Shown here one piece after another: positions 15,501 through 23,188 of a DNA stretch of 26,286 nucleotides. The stretch covers positions 1 to 26,286 of the IMG/VR virus record IMGVR_UViG_3300030098_000859; one strand, written 5' to 3'. Position numbers and translations under genes: made by a program. The DNA is from a virus. Its lineage: Duplodnaviria > Caudoviricetes. Below the pieces are notes generated by a model. The model did no database searches and had not been told where the DNA came from. It saw nothing but the letters and a program-made list of their open reading frames with translations. Position 1 is the stretch's first letter. The number at the start of each line of letters is the position of its first letter.

Positions 15501-18500
15501 AGACGCAGTTGCTGATGGCTTTAAAGCAACTAGTAAGTTTTGGGAACATACTTACAAAAGATATATGATAGATAGGTATTTAAGACCTAAATGGAAGTAC
15601 TCTGGCAAGGGTTGGGCTATGCCATATGGTGTAGAAGAATTAAGAACCATGAAGATCAATGAAGGTGAATTCATGATGGATGACGGGATGAAAAGATTTC
15701 CCGTTGATTTTGACGCTAAAATAGTAAAGGCTATACTACCTAAGAAAAAAGGAAATAAAGCCTACCTTGGCGAAATTTGGCGTATTAAACAGATGCTTAA
15801 CAACCCAGCTAAGGTAAATAAAATGAAAGAAGCTGGTATCTATAGTAAAGTAAAGAAAGCTATTGATAAGTTTGATAGCGAATTTGTTGTTATACGTGTC
15901 CCTGCTGATTCATCAAGTGGTGCTAGGGTTCTTGTCTTTAAAGGGTTTACAGGTAGAAAAGGTAACGCTGTTTTAACTCACCCTAAAGACGATGCTTATC
16001 TAGGCGGTATGGATAAGGATTCAGATTCAGTATTTATTTATCATGGGTTCGACAGTAAGGTAAAGAATGCTTATAAGAAAGTTAAGAATGAATGGGAAAA
16101 AGACGGTAAGGTCATAGACGGAAAGTCTAAGGACATGGATCCTATATTCAATGACGTTTCCGACCAAGATACTTACCTACATCCAGCTAGTATATTTTCT
16201 CCATCTATGAGAAAAGAGGTTGCAAGGAATGTATATGAAGGCAATAATGGTATAGGCTGGGCTATCAATAATAGAACAACTATCCAAGCTTTGGTTGACA
16301 TGGCAGCAGCAAATGACGGAAAGCTTGTAGTTGATATACATCCCAAATTAAAGAATGATGCTGGAAAAGAAACATTCAAATTGAATTATGAAAGAAATCT
16401 TGGACAATACATATTAACCCTTAAGCCGAATGCAGGTGAGAACGTAAGGCTTTATGGTAGAGAAATGCTTAACCGTTCTGCAGATGCTGGTAATTATCCT
16501 AAAATGAGATCATATGTGCGGTTTCCTAGGTTGTTATTTGAACAGGCTTTTGATGTAGAATTCAAGCCTGCGTCTTGGATGAATGATCCTAAGTATGAAG
16601 CAATGAGAGATACATTTGCTCAGGCAGATTATCAAAGAATTAAAAGCAATACAGACCTTGGAAAGCTTTATAAGATGGGTCAAACAATGAAGCCTAATGC
16701 TATGAGTAAAAAGGGAACTGGAGAATCAATGGATCTTGCAGAATTCCAAGAAAGGCTTTTTGGTGATACTCAAGTTGGTCCCAATTTTAAATACAAGTTT
16801 CCAAATATAATGACCCTTATTACTTATAAGGCACGTAAGGATGGTGTGCATAAAATGATATTCACACATCCTCACGATTCAAATATAAACCTTATTAAGT
16901 CTTTAGATAAGCTCATAGCAGAAGATCCATTAGCAAGAGAACTTGCTGGAGATAGATTGATATCTTTATCAAAGAACCTAGAAGCATTAAGGCAGAAGGC
17001 AGCGTTAACAGGAGACTGGAAAAACCTTACTGAAATGCTACAGAAAGAGAATCTTAAAATAGCAAGCTTTATGGCTTTGGTTAAAAAAGCTCATGCTATA
17101 GAAGCTAAGATACTTGCTGAGGGTGGTAATGCTGCAGACGTTAAAAGAAATTTAAAATCACTTGCAGATAAAGCAGATATTATAAAAAAGAAATATCAAA
17201 ATATCGACCGTGACCCAGAAGGCGAACATAAGAATACTTATTTTACAGATTATGATAGCGAAGTTGTTGCTCTTAAAAATAGCATAAGACAAGAACTGGG
17301 TGAGAAAGGTATAGACCCTACAAAATTTGAAGAATATTTAGATATATATTTACTTAGTCCATTTGCAAAAGGTCAGCGTTTTGGGATCTTCAGTAGGATA
17401 CCTTGGCAGTCTCCACAGATAGGTAACAAAGCTGTTAAAGATGTGTTCAATGAGCTAGATGTTGTAACAACATTAGCTAAGAAACCTGCAGTTAAACAGG
17501 CAGATAAAATAGAGGCTTTTAAAGAATATCTACATAGACCATCTAACTATGCTAAAATAGATGATAGTTTTACCAAGTTCATGGGACAAGACTTTGTAGG
17601 TGATCCTGTATTTGATGCTAAGGTCAAGCGATTAAAAGATCACATGGCAGAACATCCTTACTGGGCTGAACATCCAGAAGATGCTTTCATTATGTATACG
17701 TATGAATTCGAGGCTGCTCCTAGAGACTTTAGCACCATGACAAAGAACGATGTTTCAAACCTCTTAAGATTCTTTGAATACTATAATCCAAAGTTCAAAG
17801 AAGGTTGGATAGATAGATTTGTAAAAGACAATTTTCCATCAACTAAAGATAGAGATCCTATGCGTATACAAAGGATATTCTATTATAATAGACCTACAAC
17901 CTTAGATAAAAAGACACTGGCTTATGAGGTCAATATATTCAAGCAAGCCAATATGCCTGTAAAAAGTAAGGACAGGGTTGTTATAAGAGATGTAAAGCGT
18001 GTTATGTCTACGCACGGTGCGATGCGTGAATGGTTAAGTAAGATGGTGAGTCAATCTGAGAATGAGGTTTCTACAGTATTAAATAAGATGGATGAGTCTA
18101 CATACAGAACCTTATCAGGTCTTACGCCTAATGAACGAGTTGAATTGTTCAATAAGGCTGTAGATATAATGGAAGGCAAGACCACACTTGATAAGATACC
18201 TAAAGAATATTTAAATAGAACATTCAATATAGAAGAAAAAGGTCAGCAAAAGAAATTTACTGGCAAGCAAATGCTTGAATCTTTGACCAGAAGGATACGT
18301 GATGATCTTGAAGAATTTGGGAATGAGTATGTTTATCTTTCAGATAAATGGGATAAGGTAGAGACTGATATAAATACAGCTACTGTTGTAAAATTAAATG
18401 ACTATATGATATGGCGTAATGGAAAGTTTGATTTTGAGAATTTTTATAAGAAAGTAATTAGACCAGCTTGGGAAGGTAAGGACATAAAAAATATACCCCT

Positions 18501-20823
18501 TGAAGCTATATACAGAGCACAGTACGAGTACAGGCTTGAGCAGATTATAGGCAATAAGAATAAAAATGAATTATTCAAAGCTAGTGGATTAAGTAAAGGA
18601 TCGGATATTAGAAAGGCATACAGAGAGGGTAATCTTAAAAACAAAGATGGTAAGAAATTAGATACAAAGTTTAGACCTATAGGAAGATATAATAAGGAAA
18701 CATATTTTCCACATGTTTGGAGAACTAGGCTAACCAAAGCAGAGAAAAGAAAGCTACAAGCTCATGAACAAGAGCTTTATGAAGCAGAATTATCAAAAGC
18801 CTTGAGCAAACCAGAAGAGGTTATAGAATATCTAGAAGCTCAAGCTAGATTAATGAATCCAGAATCCTCTGAAAAATTAACTAAGATCATAGATGCTTAT
18901 AAAGATACAAAGAATATTGATCTGTTACGCTCTGTTTTAGAGCCTGCTTTAAGAAGTAAGTACCAATACTTAAGTGATGCTATGTCACATCCAACAAAGT
19001 TTGGTGAGTCTCATATGCATGAAGCACTTGTACAGGTAGATATGACATCTAAAGATGTTGCTGGTATTATTTCCGACTTAGTTCGTATCGGTTTCTTTTC
19101 AAGACCTAAAAATATACTTGAAAGACAATCAGAATATCCAGCCTATATGAAAGAATATGATGCTATTAAAATGTATAAAGAAGGCGTTGTTAAGTCTAGG
19201 TTAAAAAACCTTGCTGCACTTATGGGAGATGTTGAAATAGACAGAATGACAGCAAAAGAACCTTTTGGTAAGTACACAAAGGATCATGCTGAATTTTACC
19301 GCATGTACCTACGGGATTCTCTTGGATACAAAACAACATTTTCTGATTGGGTATTGAGGTCAATGGAGAATAGTGACCCTCTAAAATTAAAAAAGAATAT
19401 GTACTATCAGACAAGCGATCATGAGATGATACAGAAGCTTGACCGTATATTAAAATTCTTTGGCACTGATAAACTCCCATTTAATCTTCCTAAGAACGAT
19501 CAAGCGAGAGCTGAGAAATTGGCTAGGATCATACATGACCTAGGTGCAGTAGAAGCAAAGTTTCAGTTATTGACATTACTTGCTAATACTGGTGTTGCTA
19601 CTGGTAATTTATTTGGTGGTTCTTTGAATACAGTTACAAAGACAGGTCTTAGAAATTTTCTAAGGTCTACAAATTTTAAATATCTTGAAAAGAATATCCT
19701 TAAGAATGAGAATGGCGACTATCAATTAAAATTTAAAGATGGAAGCTTTGTAAAAACAAAGAAAGACCTGAAGAGGTGGATCATTGAGAAAGGTGTTATA
19801 GAACAATATATAAAGAACGAACTTGATTTCAACCCAAAAGTAAGGGTGATGAAAAACAAGAAAGCTCTTTATGAGTTCGCTAAAGATTTCAATAAGCTCT
19901 TATTAAAGAATCCAGATCCTAATAAAGAAACGATCATGGAGCTTGCCCGTAGGCACGGTCTTACTGAAAAGATACTTGAGCTAGGAGCATTCCCCATGCA
20001 GGCATCTGAAAGATGGCTTAGGGCTAATGCATTCTTATCTCACATGCTGCAGATGAGAGATAGTTTTAATGGTATGGCAGGTCAATTAGATCTGAATAGT
20101 GATGCAGTTATAAAACATGCATTGAAAGGTGTGGAAGCAACGCAATTCGTTTATCATAGTGTTGGCAGAAGTGCTTTTATGCGTACTGCTACTGGTAAGG
20201 TTCTTACAAGATTCAAGAACTATGTCCAGAATCAAATAGCATTTCAAAGAGAGATATATAGACAGGCTAAGTTGTACGGGTTCAAACCCGGTACTAAAGC
20301 TCATGATGATTTTCAACGTCTATTTGTTATCAATGCAATGCTTATGGCATTAGGCTCTGCATATGCATATAGCCTTTTTGATGTAGCTACTCCTCCTCCA
20401 TTTGACTGGATGATCGAGACTGGTGAATTGATGTGGGGAGATAAGAGAGAGCGAGAAAGAGCTTTCTTTGGTACATATCCTAGGGCTATTGCACCGCTCC
20501 AAATCATTACTCCACCTATTGCACGTATACCTCAAAGTTTAGTAATGTTACTCAATGGAGATTGGGAAAGATTTGCAGATTACCAAGCTTGGACATTATT
20601 TCCTTTTGGAAGATTCGCAAGGTCTGTTGATAAAACATTCAACGAACCTTACGGCACAACCTTTGGTAGGGGTATGCAACAGTTTGTAAGGATCCCAACA
20701 GATAAATTCAGACGGGATTATGACAGAGCACAGTTGGAAAAAATGCGTAAAGAATACATAGAATCAACCATCGATGACCTTTATGAATCTGAAGGTGAAG
20801 ATTGGGACAATAAGGAGAATTAA
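12547..20823 (+). CDS. Giant virion protein containing a single-chain two-barrel (DPBB) DNA-dependent RNA polymerase; putative virion RNAP
   Basis: Ordered motifs: TDG (D727), GK779, DVILMSSAAK808, VVIRVP (R1117), YLGGMDKDSD (D1156/D1158/D1160, nt 16012-16026), GIGWAINN (G1235), NRSAD (1309-1313). Gly-rich hydrophobic N-terminal region and an ejection-protein-like helical C-terminus. Confidence 0.8.
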   Translation: MALYSESYRVKKLIDMYRANPMQFTEEQVDELQEIAQQVDLKFNRVSSDFNLRNTVETAIGGVAEGFTTIPVGREPRNTYEAIAHSLGHLVGFAPGIAAIPLKGMARGASKLGMMGVERALEKGAFGAQVVNKFSVPMLFGDKASDLVNKGISKAGLESLEYMKRGSAARGVFNDAVHLGVASGVSSFWGGPDQILNSMIHGTIAGGAFGGLGNFKQIGTLLQSKNYANHERAERMIKTGIGSMITGLPTTLQDMPIEMQLYQYLLGGFFGYQARPSYEKEGMKFYAEDIASGRPDRVFYPEKNPEFDKLSKDTKSYVYKQAADQARISMMKTGAWETKEELEIHLATAAEKRYGRKPTEEDINNIAREQAGRIVQGGIVIDLKEWEDPFPEQESDPRSSAREQMLVQIFRKDGKPDGPIIGIEAIPRGGDYKGTKMDGISPVTKDGKAWDIPADILDGRELITLQYINVSGRKDSDGRIIVTKPFKGVPNFKTGKLDYNVKEHDWYAIEDHLASNNMYIDGGVKDKGILKVSVFHPDINQIRFDTMVENLARGQLREALEKNPNLSAGEQKRLLNQYKSELYDNYNQSERKELEWFGDAIESEVMERNIIDRHKKSWKSNVLWEAQRHGLYTVGGDERGFTMIGNLMNSKVGARNVVDRNKREQMFHTKNIPLNFDINGKNTLNITVLKDYVPKENEFPDMWYKQDVKEADGSVKTYKYPYESQTDGTIYIRQDVWNEIVKNSGFKKGEEFVRDLMEDSGMLKPSIVTRTETGVLIGKSAGRKASDSMNEFMLQNDLDVILMSSAAKHKGGIKESKYDYVDGRHVALGELDIRQMPISDFRLDLGVYENPIKSVSPQMIVRQLFGNLNEQQHGKISEHVFKTFYEPLIDGDPVQNAKIEQYIKDPTSGIDFKKLNVDQISLKNIHSILTSEGKELKDLRTHIRDHIMRVSTERDQGEADLNFTDDQWRDYIFRNKRIFHTVGTTDAVADGFKATSKFWEHTYKRYMIDRYLRPKWKYSGKGWAMPYGVEELRTMKINEGEFMMDDGMKRFPVDFDAKIVKAILPKKKGNKAYLGEIWRIKQMLNNPAKVNKMKEAGIYSKVKKAIDKFDSEFVVIRVPADSSSGARVLVFKGFTGRKGNAVLTHPKDDAYLGGMDKDSDSVFIYHGFDSKVKNAYKKVKNEWEKDGKVIDGKSKDMDPIFNDVSDQDTYLHPASIFSPSMRKEVARNVYEGNNGIGWAINNRTTIQALVDMAAANDGKLVVDIHPKLKNDAGKETFKLNYERNLGQYILTLKPNAGENVRLYGREMLNRSADAGNYPKMRSYVRFPRLLFEQAFDVEFKPASWMNDPKYEAMRDTFAQADYQRIKSNTDLGKLYKMGQTMKPNAMSKKGTGESMDLAEFQERLFGDTQVGPNFKYKFPNIMTLITYKARKDGVHKMIFTHPHDSNINLIKSLDKLIAEDPLARELAGDRLISLSKNLEALRQKAALTGDWKNLTEMLQKENLKIASFMALVKKAHAIEAKILAEGGNAADVKRNLKSLADKADIIKKKYQNIDRDPEGEHKNTYFTDYDSEVVALKNSIRQELGEKGIDPTKFEEYLDIYLLSPFAKGQRFGIFSRIPWQSPQIGNKAVKDVFNELDVVTTLAKKPAVKQADKIEAFKEYLHRPSNYAKIDDSFTKFMGQDFVGDPVFDAKVKRLKDHMAEHPYWAEHPEDAFIMYTYEFEAAPRDFSTMTKNDVSNLLRFFEYYNPKFKEGWIDRFVKDNFPSTKDRDPMRIQRIFYYNRPTTLDKKTLAYEVNIFKQANMPVKSKDRVVIRDVKRVMSTHGAMREWLSKMVSQSENEVSTVLNKMDESTYRTLSGLTPNERVELFNKAVDIMEGKTTLDKIPKEYLNRTFNIEEKGQQKKFTGKQMLESLTRRIRDDLEEFGNEYVYLSDKWDKVETDINTATVVKLNDYMIWRNGKFDFENFYKKVIRPAWEGKDIKNIPLEAIYRAQYEYRLEQIIGNKNKNELFKASGLSKGSDIRKAYREGNLKNKDGKKLDTKFRPIGRYNKETYFPHVWRTRLTKAEKRKLQAHEQELYEAELSKALSKPEEVIEYLEAQARLMNPESSEKLTKIIDAYKDTKNIDLLRSVLEPALRSKYQYLSDAMSHPTKFGESHMHEALVQVDMTSKDVAGIISDLVRIGFFSRPKNILERQSEYPAYMKEYDAIKMYKEGVVKSRLKNLAALMGDVEIDRMTAKEPFGKYTKDHAEFYRMYLRDSLGYKTTFSDWVLRSMENSDPLKLKKNMYYQTSDHEMIQKLDRILKFFGTDKLPFNLPKNDQARAEKLARIIHDLGAVEAKFQLLTLLANTGVATGNLFGGSLNTVTKTGLRNFLRSTNFKYLEKNILKNENGDYQLKFKDGSFVKTKKDLKRWIIEKGVIEQYIKNELDFNPKVRVMKNKKALYEFAKDFNKLLLKNPDPNKETIMELARRHGLTEKILELGAFPMQASERWLRANAFLSHMLQMRDSFNGMAGQLDLNSDAVIKHALKGVEATQFVYHSVGRSAFMRTATGKVLTRFKNYVQNQIAFQREIYRQAKLYGFKPGTKAHDDFQRLFVINAMLMALGSAYAYSLFDVATPPPFDWMIETGELMWGDKRERERAFFGTYPRAIAPLQIITPPIARIPQSLVMLLNGDWERFADYQAWTLFPFGRFARSVDKTFNEPYGTTFGRGMQQFVRIPTDKFRRDYDRAQLEKMRKEYIESTIDDLYESEGEDWDNKEN

Positions 20824-20825
20824 AA

Positions 20826-21098
20826 ATGGCATTTAGAAAAGATCAATTTGGTTTTGGTACAGAGCAACCAATAAGCCAAGAAGATCTATTAAAGATGGAA
20901 CGATCTAAGCTGGATAAGCTTTTGTCTATGGGAGAGATAACTCAAGAAGAGTTCACTAGAATGTACAAACAATTACAGGATACTATATCTGGAATTGAGA
21001 AGGCAAAGAGCACTGGAGTTGTTTCAAACATACAGCCATCAAATAAAGATGAATTTGAATTATTTGGGGTAAGCTCAGAAGGTGCAAAAAGGTATTAA
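20826..21098 (+). CDS. Small protein with SHOCT-like motif
   Basis: AGGAG 20813-20817; KLDKLLSMGEITQEEFTRMYKQL matches the L..L...G.I[TS].EEF SHOCT pattern. Confidence 0.55.
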   Translation: MAFRKDQFGFGTEQPISQEDLLKMERSKLDKLLSMGEITQEEFTRMYKQLQDTISGIEKAKSTGVVSNIQPSNKDEFELFGVSSEGAKRY

Positions 21099-21100
21099 CT

Positions 21101-21520
21101 ATGATGGGATTACTTAAACTACTTGGACCCGGAGCACTCGCAGCAGGTGCGGGAGCATACGGAGTAGACAAGGCTACTGAAGCCATGACAGGTGGTGGAA
21201 TACAATTTGATCCTTGGGGTGAGAAAAGAGAAGCCTATGAAAGAGATCTTGGTTCAAAGTATATAGAAGAAGAAGCTTATCAAAGAAGCAAAAAGAAACA
21301 AGAAGAGGCGTATGAAAGAAGCAAAGGGGATAAAGATTCTTTTGGATACGGTACTGTTAAGCTTAGAGATTCTGATTGGCTTGATATTGAACATAAAGGA
21401 GAAAAATATAAACTTGCAAATATTCCAGAGGTTCAGGAAGTAATGCAAAGTGCTACCATGTTCAACATGCAAGATGTCTTTGACAATCTTTTAGATCAAG
21501 GCTACATTAAAAAAGCATAG
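21101..21520 (+). CDS. Hypothetical protein with Gly/Ala hydrophobic N-terminus
   Basis: 139 aa; LLGPGALAAGAGAYG, then three EAY[EQ]R repeats. Confidence 0.6.
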   Translation: MMGLLKLLGPGALAAGAGAYGVDKATEAMTGGGIQFDPWGEKREAYERDLGSKYIEEEAYQRSKKKQEEAYERSKGDKDSFGYGTVKLRDSDWLDIEHKGEKYKLANIPEVQEVMQSATMFNMQDVFDNLLDQGYIKKA

Positions 21521-21714
21521 TGCCCGGATCAAGAACATATAACCAGACCAAAGGCAAAAAGGCATGGATACAAGAGCCAACCAAAGAACCTGTAGTTTTT
21601 ACAGAGGCATCTGATATACTCGTATCCAAATATGTTGATACTAAAGCCAAAAAACAGTCTAGATTAGCTAACACCTTAAAGAAGATGGCTAATAGACGTA
21701 AGAAAAAACAATGA
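21520..21714 (+). CDS. Small basic hypothetical protein
   Basis: 64 aa, GTG start overlapping the previous TAG; Lys/Arg-rich end. Confidence 0.5.
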   Translation: MPGSRTYNQTKGKKAWIQEPTKEPVVFTEASDILVSKYVDTKAKKQSRLANTLKKMANRRKKKQ

Positions 21715-21727
21715 TATTTAAAGCTAT

Positions 21728-21786
21728 AGTAGGTATGCCTATTATGGAGAAACGTCCATATAGGGCAAATTAGACCTACTTTTTTT
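21728..21786 (+). terminator. Long interrupted hairpin + U-tract (terminator/attenuator candidate)
   Basis: AGTAGGT (21728-34) pairs with ACCTACT (21774-80); inner GCCTATTATGGA/TCCATATAGGGC; followed by TTTTTT and then AGGAG. Confidence 0.55.
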
Positions 21787-21796
21787 AGGAGAACAT

Positions 21797-21895
21797 ATGC
21801 CAACTCATAAAAACCTGTCAGATCTTATAATTGACAGAAGAAAACATATAAAAGATAGTAAAAAAACCAGATCACGTTCTAATAAGTCTAAATAA
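21797..21895 (+). CDS. Small basic peptide (32 aa), not in the ORF track
   Basis: AGGAG 21787-21791; MPTHKNLSDLIIDRRKHIKDSKKTRSRSNKSK*. Confidence 0.5.
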   Translation: MPTHKNLSDLIIDRRKHIKDSKKTRSRSNKSK

Positions 21896-21906
21896 CTGAT
21901 CATAAG

Positions 21907-22953
21907 ATGAAGATAGTTAAAGACTCAGATGGTAATATAATAGGTTGCCGTCATTGCGGATCACGTTCTATTCATAAAAGCGGTTTTGTTTATAGAGCCG
22001 AATCAAAAAAACAACAATGGTTATGTACTGCTTGCGGCAGGAAAACATTAAAACCTAGCATTCTTGAAGAATCTCCTTTTTCTGGCGAGAAAAAAGAAAG
22101 TGAGTTATTAAATATTGACGAACTCATTGAAATGCGTAAGAAAAAGTATGAGCAAAAGACCAGATCAAAAGAAGATAGAAAACTATACAATATAAAGATC
22201 AACATGAAAGGTCCTATAGGGATATGCCATTTTGGTGATCCTCATATTGATGACGATGGTACTAACATCGCTGAAATATATTCTTTGTGTAATCTTATAA
22301 ATAAAACAGAAGGTCTTTTTGGTGGGAATCTTGGTGATGTACAAAATAACTGGATAGGTAGATTATCCTATTTATACGGACAGCAATCTACATCAGCAAA
22401 AGAAAGCTGGAGACTAACAGAGCATTTTGTAAATCAAGTTGAATGGTTATATCTGGTTGCTGGTAATCATGATGTTTGGTCAGGGGATGGTGATCCTTTA
22501 GAATTTATTATGCGAGATCACAAGGGAGTCTATGAACAATGGGGTGCTAGGCTTAATCTTTCTTTTCCAAATGGAAAAAAAGTAAGAATAAATGCTAGGC
22601 ATGTATTCAAAGGTAATTCAATGTGGAATACTGCTCATGGTGTAGCTAAAGCAGCACAGATGGGATGGAAAGACCACATTCTTACGTGTGGTCATACACA
22701 TGTTTCAGGTTATCAGGTTCTTAAAGACCCAGCATCGGGTTTGATATCACATGCTTTACAGGTAGCATCATTTAAAATGATAGATCAATATGCAGATAAG
22801 CTTGGTCTAGATGATAAAAATATATTCAACGCTCCTGTTACGATCATCGATCCTAAGTACGATGATGACGATAATAGATTGATCACTACCATATTTAATC
22901 CTTACGAGGGTGCAGAATACCTTACGTATAAAAGAAAAAAGGCTCTCGGTTAA
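21907..22953 (+). CDS. Calcineurin-like metallophosphoesterase with N-terminal Zn-ribbon
   Basis: All five motifs present: GDPH (DxH), LGD, AGNHD, ARH, GHTH. N-terminal CRHC...CTAC. Confidence 0.85.
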   Translation: MKIVKDSDGNIIGCRHCGSRSIHKSGFVYRAESKKQQWLCTACGRKTLKPSILEESPFSGEKKESELLNIDELIEMRKKKYEQKTRSKEDRKLYNIKINMKGPIGICHFGDPHIDDDGTNIAEIYSLCNLINKTEGLFGGNLGDVQNNWIGRLSYLYGQQSTSAKESWRLTEHFVNQVEWLYLVAGNHDVWSGDGDPLEFIMRDHKGVYEQWGARLNLSFPNGKKVRINARHVFKGNSMWNTAHGVAKAAQMGWKDHILTCGHTHVSGYQVLKDPASGLISHALQVASFKMIDQYADKLGLDDKNIFNAPVTIIDPKYDDDDNRLITTIFNPYEGAEYLTYKRKKALG

Positions 22954-22964
22954 GAGAGCCTTTT
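22937..22964. terminator. Bidirectional intrinsic terminator between convergent operons
   Basis: AAAAGGCTCTC-GGTTAA-GAGAGCCTTTT, a perfect 11-bp inverted repeat with a T-tract on both strands. Confidence 0.85.
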
Positions 22965-23093
22965 GTTTTCTTTACGCATATCACGTTTGTTTAAGAATAT
23001 TATCCACAGTATTAGTATTACTATAAGAGAGAAGTTCAATACAACAAACCATGATACTAGCATGATCCAGTTTGGTATGTCTATTATGAGCAT
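22950..23093 (-). CDS. Small single-TM membrane protein (47 aa), not in the ORF track
   Basis: GAGGAGG upstream; MLIIDIPNWIMLVSWFVVLNFSLIVILILWIIFLNKRDMRKENKRLS*. Confidence 0.6.
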   Translation of the reverse strand: MLIIDIPNWIMLVSWFVVLNFSLIVILILWIIFLNKRDMRKENKRLS

Positions 23094-23188
23094 TATTCCT
23101 CCTCCTCATATATTATATCGCAATGTTCTAAGCAGCTAGAACATATGTCCTGATATTTTATTTCTGCATTACAACAATCACTTACCAT
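23093..23188 (-). CDS. Small Cys-rich (Zn-ribbon-like) protein (31 aa), not in the ORF track
   Basis: GAGGAG upstream; MVSDCCNAEIKYQDICSSCLEHCDIIYEEEE*. Confidence 0.6.
   Translation of the reverse strand: MVSDCCNAEIKYQDICSSCLEHCDIIYEEEE

Noticed and set aside
12547-20823. Giant ORF as a tape-measure protein or a T7/N4-type single-subunit RNAP
   Set aside because: No tape-measure periodicity and no recognisable Pol-A-fold motifs A/B/C; the motif set matches two-barrel polymerases.
21761-21780. GGGCAAA as the start of a c-di-GMP-I riboswitch
   Set aside because: The downstream GAAA-capped stem and GCAAA junction are absent.
21907-22050. IS1 InsA-like Zn ribbon as an insertion sequence
   Set aside because: Fused in frame to the phosphoesterase; no transposase domain or terminal inverted repeats.
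5970-22205. Minus-strand ORFs opposite the endolysin, tail, ejection, RNAP and phosphoesterase genes
   Set aside because: Antisense shadows of long codon-biased genes, with no motifs or translation signals.
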